IMG/VR virus record: IMGVR_UViG_3300045988_014027
Location: 1 to 43,907 of that record
Source of the DNA: a virus
Length of the DNA stretch: 43,907 bases
Reading direction: 5' to 3' (one strand)
Shown here: piece after piece, positions 1-6,777 of the stretch
Layout of the letters: the number at the start of each line of letters is the position of its first letter
Position numbering within the stretch: position 1 is the stretch's first letter
Made by a program: the position numbers and the translations under genes
The notes under the pieces: generated by a model
Database searches by the model: none
Told to the model about the DNA's origin: nothing
The model's input: only the letters and a program-made list of their open reading frames with translations

Positions 1-55
1 GTGGACAAAAAGCTTTGAAGTAGCGATTTTACGGGCAATTACATAGTCTATCATA
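1..55. repeat. Left copy of the exact 55-nt terminal direct repeat
   Basis: nt 1-55 are identical to nt 43853-43907. The right copy contains the last 23 nt of the integrase CDS. Confidence 0.95.
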
Positions 56-88
56 ACAAAACTGGATAAACAATAGAATAAAATAAAA

Positions 89-126
89 GCTATAAATACT
101 TATTTTAGTGTGTTTATAGCTTTTTT
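89..126 (+). terminator. Rho-independent terminator downstream of int, probably bidirectional
   Basis: 11-bp stem (89-99 gctataaatac with 110-120 gtgtttatagc, one G:U), 10-nt loop, then T6 at 121-126. An A-rich tract on the 5' side allows function on the other strand. Confidence 0.7.
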
Positions 127-159
127 ATTTTTATTTATTCCCGTGATTTTCTAAAAAAG

Positions 160-186
160 GTGGACAGAATTGTGGACAAAAAAAGA
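160..186 (+). repeat. GTGGACAGAATTGTGGACAAAAAAAG, a near copy of the integrase 3' end (43842-43866)
   Basis: Matches gtggacagaatgtggacaaaaagc at the int 3' end apart from one inserted T and the A-run length. The GTGGACA heptamer occurs at 1, 160, 172, 43842 and 43853. Confidence 0.6.
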
Positions 187-304
187 CTTGGCAGCCTATG
201 CTACCAAGCGGCATGAAAAAAACAAAAACATTGAACGTTAAGTCCATATATAGTGTACCTCTATTTGAATTAAATGTCTAATGTTATATCGAGAAGACAC
301 AAAA

Positions 305-325
305 AGGCTAGGATAACCCTAGTCT
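305..325 (-). terminator. Hairpin terminator at the end of the two-gene accessory cassette, usable on both strands
   Basis: aggctagg (305-312) pairs with cctagtct (318-325), 5-nt loop, flanked by an A5 run and a T4 run, immediately after the stop at 328-330. One mismatch on the minus-strand RNA becomes G:U on the plus strand. Confidence 0.5.
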
Positions 326-327
326 TT

Positions 328-879
328 TCATCGGATATTTTCTAAATTGTTTTCAATCCACTCGAGCCTATTTTGGCGGCCAGACGGAATAGGTTCTTGC
401 CCCTTTGAATAGTCTTTAAATCTCATTTGAAGCATATAGCCACCACCACCGAGAGAGCTAGATTCTAACGCCACTTCTAAGTAAGCGCTAGAAATCCAGT
501 TTCCACTTGCCGTATACATTCTACCGGCACCGCCGATGATGTCGTCACGGCTATTTTCAAGCCATTTTAAGAGCTGCTGTTTTTTGAACATGTCATAGTA
601 AGCATAAAATGGCATGTTTAGTTTAAGTGAATTGTCAATGTAGTAATCAGTTTGAGCCTTTCCGATCATAGCAAGCTCGAAATCATCAAACAAGCAGTCG
701 AGCATGGCATTTACTCGTGCTGCACCCATCTTCTCGATAGAGGTTCCTCCATTCTTAAACTTCTGCCAATTGGCGTCGGTGAATTTGATGTCAGGCAATT
801 TGTAGAAATCATTTTCAAATCGAAAATATCTCCCTACGTACTCCAAAATTAGGCTCTTGATGTCGTTGTTGATAATCAT
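328..879 (-). CDS. Hypothetical protein (183 aa), second gene of the accessory cassette. No family recognised.
   Basis: ORF track 328..924. I prefer the ATG at 879 (MIINNDIK...) because AAAAGGAG sits 7 nt upstream. The longer start would overlap the upstream gene. Confidence 0.75.
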   Translation of the reverse strand: MIINNDIKSLILEYVGRYFRFENDFYKLPDIKFTDANWQKFKNGGTSIEKMGAARVNAMLDCLFDDFELAMIGKAQTDYYIDNSLKLNMPFYAYYDMFKKQQLLKWLENSRDDIIGGAGRMYTASGNWISSAYLEVALESSSLGGGGYMLQMRFKDYSKGQEPIPSGRQNRLEWIENNLENIR

Positions 880-896
880 GTTTATTCTCCTTTTTA

Positions 897-1241
897 TTAA
901 GCAATTACACTTTTTGGGTACCATTTAGCAGAAACTCCATAAGGTGTCACGATTTCAAGTTTAACTGCTTTATCAGTTTCTTCGACCAACCCTTTTACGC
1001 TGATTGCACTTACTGACATAAATGCCAAATCTTTCTTGTTGCGTCCACGAAATTCTTTTTCAGCAAACCATTTCTTAACACCTTGGAATTTAACGTTTGA
1101 AGAACGGAAGAAGTAGAAATCATCCGCCATGTTTTGACGTTTAACGGCTTTCCAAGCAAATTTCAACGCTTCAGAAAAAGTCACGTCATTTTTTTCATTT
1201 TTGAAGATTTTCCATGCTAGGCTCATTACTTGTGATTTCAT
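897..1241 (-). CDS. Hypothetical basic protein (114 aa), first gene of the accessory cassette. No family recognised.
   Basis: ORF with AAGGAAGGAAG 8 nt upstream of the ATG at 1241, directly downstream of a consensus promoter. Confidence 0.75.
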   Translation of the reverse strand: MKSQVMSLAWKIFKNEKNDVTFSEALKFAWKAVKRQNMADDFYFFRSSNVKFQGVKKWFAEKEFRGRNKKDLAFMSVSAISVKGLVEETDKAVKLEIVTPYGVSAKWYPKSVIA

Positions 1242-1274
1242 TTCGTTTACTTCCTTCCTTTATCTTACATGTAT

Positions 1275-1303
1275 ATTATATATCATACATGATAGTTTGT
1301 CAA
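1275..1303 (-). promoter_or_regulatory. Consensus sigma-70 promoter for the accessory cassette
   Basis: On the minus strand: TTGACA (1303-1298), a 17-nt spacer, then TATAAT (1280-1275), about 35 nt upstream of the ATG at 1241. Confidence 0.75.
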
Positions 1304-1340
1304 CACTTTTGATAAAGAAATTTAGATTTTTTTGCAAAAT

Positions 1341-1395
1341 AAAAAACCGCCCATAAAAGGGCGGCGTCTACCTATGAAGGCTATTCTCAAAACCA
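1341..1395 (-). ncRNA. Candidate small RNA unit 2: extended -10 promoter plus intrinsic terminator, no ORF
   Basis: Minus strand gTGtTATAAT (-10 at 1406-1401). About 50 nt downstream is the hairpin CCGCCC/GGGCGG (1347-1352 with 1359-1364), followed by U6. No ATG or RBS in between. Confidence 0.35.
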
Positions 1396-1420
1396 ATACT
1401 ATTATAACACAAAAAAATAA

Positions 1421-1460
1421 AAAAACGCACCAGACCCCGTAGAGTTACTGGCACTTTCCT
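1421..1460 (-). ncRNA. Candidate small RNA unit 1: promoter plus a hairpin with a UACG tetraloop and a U7 terminator
   Basis: Minus strand TTGCTG (1495-1490), 17 nt, then TGgTATAAT (-10 at 1472-1467). The hairpin GUGCCAG..CUC-UACG-GGG..CUGGUGC spans 1454-1427 and is followed by U7. Confidence 0.35.
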
Positions 1461-1478
1461 AGATATATTATACCAAAT

Positions 1479-1506
1479 AAAAAAAGCCCCAGCAAGACGC
1501 TGAGGC
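1479..1506 (-). terminator. Rho-independent terminator after the endolysin gene
   Basis: Minus strand GCCUCAGC-GUCUU-GCUGGGGC (8 bp, one G:U) followed by U7. Confidence 0.7.
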
Positions 1507-1589
1507 TCGACCACTACTGCCATGGTATCCCTACTGCAGTGTGAGGGGAGGTGATATACTCCTTTTCGTTTATTTGATTCGTGGTCTGA

Positions 1590-2996
1590 TTATTTACCAG
1601 TTTGGCCTTGTGTGGCTTGTGCTCGGTCTTCGACTTGCTTGATAACTGCCACATTTGCTTCACGGATAGCTTGTTCTACTCCTTTAATGTCGTTGCTTTG
1701 ACTTTCAAGGAAGCGTTTAAAATCACCATCATCCAATTGCAAGCGTTTAGCGCCTACTCCTTCAAGGGTGTCAACCGTACTCATTGAACCGATACCGAAT
1801 ACACGGCCATTAACGACTGCTACCCAGCCTTCTGCTCCACTTTCACTACGTACTACAAAATTCATAATATCTTCTTCCTCTTTCTTTTTCTTAAAACTGT
1901 CACCGACGATTACCACATTTTTATCCAAACCGCCCGCAATTCCCGTACTTGTAAATTGCCACCATTTCGTGTGGCTCATGTTAGGGTAAATCTCCCAGAC
2001 CGGATGCGGTGTTACATCGTAGTTTGGATAAGCCGCAATCCATAGACTGTTGGGATAGCGTGCAGTGATTTGATCTACATACACATTAGCTAGTGTGTAC
2101 GGCTTGTAACTGTAATAGATAGGCTCGAAGCCGTTTGACTTACAAACGTCCATGAATGCCAATACTGCATTGGTGTTAGCTTGCTTGTCCCCACTAGCGC
2201 CATCCTCATAGTCACATACAAGGTATTTAGGTCGTGATGGTAGATTACTAACAAAGTAATTTGCTTCAGCTTGTGCCGTTGCCACATCTCCACCGAAACG
2301 AGCAAAGTGATAGTAACCAATACAGTTACTTGTGTTTGTTTGTTGTGCCATAACTGGACTTAACCATCCGACACCCTCAGACACTTTAATAATCGTGTTC
2401 CTAGTGCCAGACGCTTGGCAAATTCCAGTGAGGTCTGCTGATTGATAGGCTGATACATCGATGAAGTAATCGCCTTTGTTCATGCCTTCGATTTCTAAAT
2501 CGTCTCCAGCACCATCAAATGGCAATTCAAACCATCCAACCATTTGTTGAGTTGGTGCATTCCAGTCGATATAGCTGAAATTACCAGCGCTATCGAGGTT
2601 TCTTGTGACCTTGCGTGTCCACCCCCCATTATAGAGGGCGTCACCATTACCGTCGATATTCTGCTCGACTGTGGTAACGGTACCGTCTGGGTTCTCTGCC
2701 ACTACGAAACCGATATGCCCAAATTGATGGTATGGCAAGCAGTTAGTTACCCATACACTCCCTACCGGTGGATTGTTAGCCCCGTTAAAGCGTGTGACTT
2801 TAAGTCCTTGACTTTCTGCTCTACTTAAGCCATCAATGGCATTCAGATAGCTGAAATCAAGGTTAAACAAGCCGGCGTACTGCAAAACGTAGTCAATCAA
2901 ACTTATACACTGCCCGCCATAAGGATTGGTTGGAACAGTGACACGCTGATTGACTAGGCTCTCAAGCGTGTTTAATAATTGTGTTTTTGAAGTCAT
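1590..2996 (-). CDS. Endolysin: N-terminal CHAP peptidase, central GH25 muramidase, C-terminal wall-binding region
   Basis: CHAP Cys/His motifs (GGQCISLIDY, GHIGFV). GH25-like DVSAYQ and YHFARF motifs. Architecture resembles streptococcal B30/PlyGBS-type lysins. RBS AAAGGAG. Confidence 0.85.
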   Translation of the reverse strand: MTSKTQLLNTLESLVNQRVTVPTNPYGGQCISLIDYVLQYAGLFNLDFSYLNAIDGLSRAESQGLKVTRFNGANNPPVGSVWVTNCLPYHQFGHIGFVVAENPDGTVTTVEQNIDGNGDALYNGGWTRKVTRNLDSAGNFSYIDWNAPTQQMVGWFELPFDGAGDDLEIEGMNKGDYFIDVSAYQSADLTGICQASGTRNTIIKVSEGVGWLSPVMAQQTNTSNCIGYYHFARFGGDVATAQAEANYFVSNLPSRPKYLVCDYEDGASGDKQANTNAVLAFMDVCKSNGFEPIYYSYKPYTLANVYVDQITARYPNSLWIAAYPNYDVTPHPVWEIYPNMSHTKWWQFTSTGIAGGLDKNVVIVGDSFKKKKEEEDIMNFVVRSESGAEGWVAVVNGRVFGIGSMSTVDTLEGVGAKRLQLDDGDFKRFLESQSNDIKGVEQAIREANVAVIKQVEDRAQATQGQTGK

Positions 2997-3013
2997 GTCT
3001 CTCCTTTCTTAAA

Positions 3014-3277
3014 TTATTTTTGTTTAATCTCCGCAAGCATTCTTTCCAAATCGGCAACCTTCTGTTTTAATTCATCAATTTCGCTCGTTGGTAATTGAGA
3101 TTTAGTCACAAGTGGGTCTTCCGCCCATTTATTTTGTTCCATTACCTGTTGAAAAAAGTTATTATACGTTGGAAATAACCCATACGCTTGGCTAATAGAC
3201 AAAGATGAAGATTGTTTATCTTTAATTTCCTTAACATCCGCCCCCACAGCTTGAGCAAATTCTGTGAACTTACTCAT
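3014..3277 (-). CDS. Small coiled-coil protein, paralog of 3283..3591
   Basis: The N-terminus MSKFTEFAQAVGADVKEIK aligns with MSKLHDFAQAVGADIKEIK of the neighbouring gene. The ATG at 3277 is preferred over the GTG at 3286. Confidence 0.6.
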   Translation of the reverse strand: MSKFTEFAQAVGADVKEIKDKQSSSLSISQAYGLFPTYNNFFQQVMEQNKWAEDPLVTKSQLPTSEIDELKQKVADLERMLAEIKQK

Positions 3278-3282
3278 AGCGC

Positions 3283-3591
3283 TCACGCTTTCGCAGTATT
3301 ATAGACGCTCACAAGGTCTTCTTGCTCGATTGTGTCGATACGAGTTCCCAATTCAGTCATTTTCGCAATGATGCCACTGTCTGTATTGCCACCAGCTGCG
3401 GTGATTTTATCAGCGATTTCTTTGAGCGTATCAAGTTCTTCTGGGGCATTGCCAATGATGTCAGCTTTAGCCTGTGTAATAGCTTGCGTCAAGCGTTCTT
3501 CTGTGACACCAGTAGCCTTGCTAGCAATAGATGCCTTGATTTCTTTGATATCAGCACCCACAGCTTGGGCGAAATCATGTAATTTACTCAT
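3283..3591 (-). CDS. Small fibre-like coiled-coil protein
   Basis: Contains GNAPEELDTLKEIADKI, which resembles a motif common in phage tail-fibre proteins. The C-terminus EDLVSVYNTAKA is shared with the 150-aa neighbour. Confidence 0.6.
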   Translation of the reverse strand: MSKLHDFAQAVGADIKEIKASIASKATGVTEERLTQAITQAKADIIGNAPEELDTLKEIADKITAAGGNTDSGIIAKMTELGTRIDTIEQEDLVSVYNTAKA

Positions 3592-3605
3592 TTATGTAAT
3601 TCCTT

Positions 3606-4058
3606 TCATATTTTAGCTAGATTGTAGATATTAACGAGGTCTTCCGTGGTATCACTGCCACCAGCGATTAACCCAGACTCTCGCAATTCGTCCGCTAGTA
3701 ACTTTAATTTAGGGCTCTTGTCCGATGGAATAGCACTGTCAGCGTTCAACGAGTTCTTCACTTTCACTTTGAAATTATTTGACGGGAAGATATGCCCATC
3801 TAGTTTAATCTCCAGGTAATAAGTACCAGTAGTTACCACGTTACCCATTGAGAATGAGAACGTCCCGTTTTCAACGGTGACATCTTGATAGAGTGCTACT
3901 GTTTCGTTGTTGGAAAGTGTTAGCTTACCAGTGCCGGACAATTCCATGCGTTTCCCATCGTACCCTAGAATCTCAAAACCAAAAACGGAAGTGATGTCCC
4001 CAGATTTGAGAACATCACCACCTTTAATTTGGTTGATGGAAGTCATGAGTCTAGCCAT
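3606..4058 (-). CDS. Hypothetical structural-like protein (150 aa)
   Basis: ORF with GAGGA RBS. Beta-rich sequence. The C-terminal EDLVNIYNLAKI motif is shared with 3283..3591. Confidence 0.6.
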   Translation of the reverse strand: MARLMTSINQIKGGDVLKSGDITSVFGFEILGYDGKRMELSGTGKLTLSNNETVALYQDVTVENGTFSFSMGNVVTTGTYYLEIKLDGHIFPSNNFKVKVKNSLNADSAIPSDKSPKLKLLADELRESGLIAGGSDTTEDLVNIYNLAKI

Positions 4059-4061
4059 AGA

Positions 4062-4337
4062 CTAGTCCTCATAAGGTTTAGTGTATGATAGTGCTCGTTC
4101 GCTATCGCCTAGACCTTTAGTCGTTGGGTCTGGGAACATATTCAAGGCGTTAACCACTGTCAAACCTACCAAGTAAGGGTTTGATAGGAATTTACCAAAC
4201 AATCCAAACAATGCCCCCCAGCTTGTGATATCCTCGAATTTGATACCAAAGTAAGCCAAAACCGGCAATACCAAGGCGAGTGCAAAACGTGTTACGAATG
4301 TACGGTTTTTAAAACGAATAGACCAATTAATTTTCAT
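4062..4337 (-). CDS. Holin, phiLC3/LLH family
   Basis: 91 aa with two hydrophobic segments and the family signature DPTTKGLGDSERALSYTKP. Confidence 0.8.
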   Translation of the reverse strand: MKINWSIRFKNRTFVTRFALALVLPVLAYFGIKFEDITSWGALFGLFGKFLSNPYLVGLTVVNALNMFPDPTTKGLGDSERALSYTKPYED

Positions 4338-4339
4338 GT

Positions 4340-4756
4340 TTAATTCCTCACTTCTAAATTAATGTATTTTTTATAAAGGGCATCAATGTACCCATTGCCA
4401 CCTAATTTTTTATAACTGGAGTGCATTTTGTGAATCACATCGGAATTGTGAACCGTGGTATATCCACGCTCTAATTCTTTAGAAATGTCACGCTCTAAGC
4501 GTAGATACATGGTGACAAGATGCGCTTCATCATGCACTGCTAGTTTGTCGCTTAATTCGTTGATTTTCTCGTTGTTTGATTCACCGATTTGTTGAATAGT
4601 TTCAACCGAATCATGAATATTGTTCAACTCGCCTTTTAAATCTCCGAATTGTGATTTGCTTAAATTAGCGGACTTGCTAGCCTTCATGCCAAACCACCCA
4701 GTCGCTATTACCCCGATAGTAGGGGCGAGGTGGTCAATCAAATCAGAAATATTCAA
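4340..4756 (-). CDS. Hypothetical protein with an N-terminal transmembrane segment and a coiled coil
   Basis: 138-aa ORF. Hydrophobic APTIGVIATGWFG near the N-terminus. Confidence 0.6.
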   Translation of the reverse strand: MNISDLIDHLAPTIGVIATGWFGMKASKSANLSKSQFGDLKGELNNIHDSVETIQQIGESNNEKINELSDKLAVHDEAHLVTMYLRLERDISKELERGYTTVHNSDVIHKMHSSYKKLGGNGYIDALYKKYINLEVRN

Positions 4757-4791
4757 TGTACTTTACCTCTTTTATTTTTTACCCCCATTTT

Positions 4792-6777
4792 TTAATTATC
4801 TTCAGTTAGATATGTGACTGTACCGGTGTAGATGGCACGGTCTTGCGATTGATTGGTAAGCCTAATCGAACCATCGGGTGCAAGGTGCCAGACAGCCACG
4901 CCCGCATGGTTAGTACCGACATTTTTATTAGCAACTAAATGCACTTGAATAGCTGGTCTGAAACCACTTGGGATAGTATTAGTCATTACCCCATTCTCGT
5001 ATACACCCACGACATAGTCGGAACGGATAAGGCTGGCAGTCACCACTGAGCCTTTTCGAGCAAGCGACATTTTAACACCCCAGCCAATATCAACCTCTTG
5101 TTTAACCAACGCTGGTTCTTGCTTTTCTGGTTTAGGTGTGTACTCAATCCATGTACCGGCGGAATTACTGGTTACTGTCCGTTTAAACATGCGACCAGAA
5201 ACAGTCGTTAATGTTTGGAGGGAACCGAAACCACCTTCCACGACTTCCAAAAAACCACCCTCGCCAATAGCTGGATGGTTCTTATAATTACCGGCTATCG
5301 AATAAAAACCAGTAGTCTTGTAATCGTTTAGATTAGCAACCTTGTTGTCGATGGCAGCACCGTCAGGCTCGGTCAGTTTGTGGTGTTGTATCTGCTTACG
5401 GTTTGAATAGATTAAACCGTTAACGTCCAACGCTCCCATTTCACGGTACTTGCCTATACCAACGCCATCACGTTCGTAGCTCATTACTACTTTATCAGTT
5501 GATACTGTGATAACAAATTCTGTGTACGAGAACTTATCTTCAACACGCCCTAAAACCTCCCAAGAGGTATCGGCTGGATATTTTCCATTAAGATTGGCAT
5601 CAGAACCGTTTAATTCAGAAATATTCTGCCATTCGTTCGTGCTATCTGTCGTGTAAGTATCCGTACCGACCTTCCTTGTTTTAAAGGTCAGCTTGGTTGT
5701 ATTTTTTTGTGTCCCATTAACGGACAAGGGCGCTACTTTTAAGAATCGTTTCAGCGTGATCGTGTCTAGCTTCTCTCCCGTTCGTTTGGCTTCAAAACGT
5801 AGTGTAGGGTTAAAGTAAGCCAATACTGTTATGGTTTGCTCTCGCCAGTCTGACCACAAGCCACGACTATCTTGGACTTTAGCTCTAACTGTCATTTGTT
5901 TGTCAGTAACGGTCGATGGAACTGTAAGCGTGCCATTATTCGACTGTATCGAACTATTCCCGCTTACAATTTCGGCATAGTATCCAGTTATTGAAGACCC
6001 AGCAGCACCTTGACCGCCATTAAAAACGACTTTGATACGTGACAAAGTGCTGACAAAATACGTAGGGCTAGGAATGAGATTTTGTGTCACTGGGTTTGTG
6101 TCCGATAAACTAAAACCAGTGAAACCCGGCTTAAAGAGATTGGTCGGGATATTGACCGTGATTCTTCGAATATCCTTACCGACTTCGACTCCGTTGTTGT
6201 AAGTTACATAAGTTATTGTACCTGTACCGCTAGCCGAGTTAGGGAATTGATTAGCTATCTCAACGGGTGGAATCCATGTGAAACTAGAATCTACATCATC
6301 ACCAGCTATTTTTTTGTCATAACTACCGATAGTCACCCAAATAGAGTGTCTCATCCACGCTTCACGCTTGGTGATGTTGATGATCACTGGTTTAGCGATT
6401 TCAGCCGTCACGTCCGAGCCATAACTAGCACGGGAAATGGTAGTTAAGACAAGAGCTGCATTGTTAATAGGTATTACCTTATTATTGCTCTTATTCTTAA
6501 ACTCTCCACGATAATACATTGTACGAGTACCATCTCCATCATGTCGGATAGTGACCTCTTGGTCAATCAACATAGCGGTCTGATTAGGTTCAACGGTTAG
6601 CGTGCCAGAATTGGCTAAACGCTTTCCACCGTCATAGTCGATGTACGCTTCCCAAGGAACACCAGACACCTTAGTGTCTCCGTTTTCCCAATAGAGTTGT
6701 AAACGCACTTGTGATGTATTGCTATCAATATTCGAGCTAGCTTCATAAGCACGTAGGACTGCTTTTCCTCCAGCCAT
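4792..6777 (-). CDS. Tail fibre / baseplate-associated structural protein (661 aa)
   Basis: Large beta-rich ORF immediately downstream of Tal, in the position of streptococcal phage distal tail or receptor-binding proteins. Confidence 0.6.
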   Translation of the reverse strand: MAGGKAVLRAYEASSNIDSNTSQVRLQLYWENGDTKVSGVPWEAYIDYDGGKRLANSGTLTVEPNQTAMLIDQEVTIRHDGDGTRTMYYRGEFKNKSNNKVIPINNAALVLTTISRASYGSDVTAEIAKPVIINITKREAWMRHSIWVTIGSYDKKIAGDDVDSSFTWIPPVEIANQFPNSASGTGTITYVTYNNGVEVGKDIRRITVNIPTNLFKPGFTGFSLSDTNPVTQNLIPSPTYFVSTLSRIKVVFNGGQGAAGSSITGYYAEIVSGNSSIQSNNGTLTVPSTVTDKQMTVRAKVQDSRGLWSDWREQTITVLAYFNPTLRFEAKRTGEKLDTITLKRFLKVAPLSVNGTQKNTTKLTFKTRKVGTDTYTTDSTNEWQNISELNGSDANLNGKYPADTSWEVLGRVEDKFSYTEFVITVSTDKVVMSYERDGVGIGKYREMGALDVNGLIYSNRKQIQHHKLTEPDGAAIDNKVANLNDYKTTGFYSIAGNYKNHPAIGEGGFLEVVEGGFGSLQTLTTVSGRMFKRTVTSNSAGTWIEYTPKPEKQEPALVKQEVDIGWGVKMSLARKGSVVTASLIRSDYVVGVYENGVMTNTIPSGFRPAIQVHLVANKNVGTNHAGVAVWHLAPDGSIRLTNQSQDRAIYTGTVTYLTEDN

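Noticed and set aside
880-924. N-terminal extensions given by the ORF track, here and at 27213..27353, 38706..38780, 29780..29812 and 11121..11141
   Set aside because: The extended starts lack Shine-Dalgarno sequences or overlap upstream genes. Internal ATGs with properly spaced GGAG-type RBSs, and paralog or signal-peptide logic, fit better.
1370-1545. 58-codon minus-strand ORF (MAVVVEPQRLAGAFFIWYNISRK...) spanning the region after the endolysin
   Set aside because: It has no RBS and would read straight through two strong intrinsic terminators. The region is better explained as terminator and promoter units.
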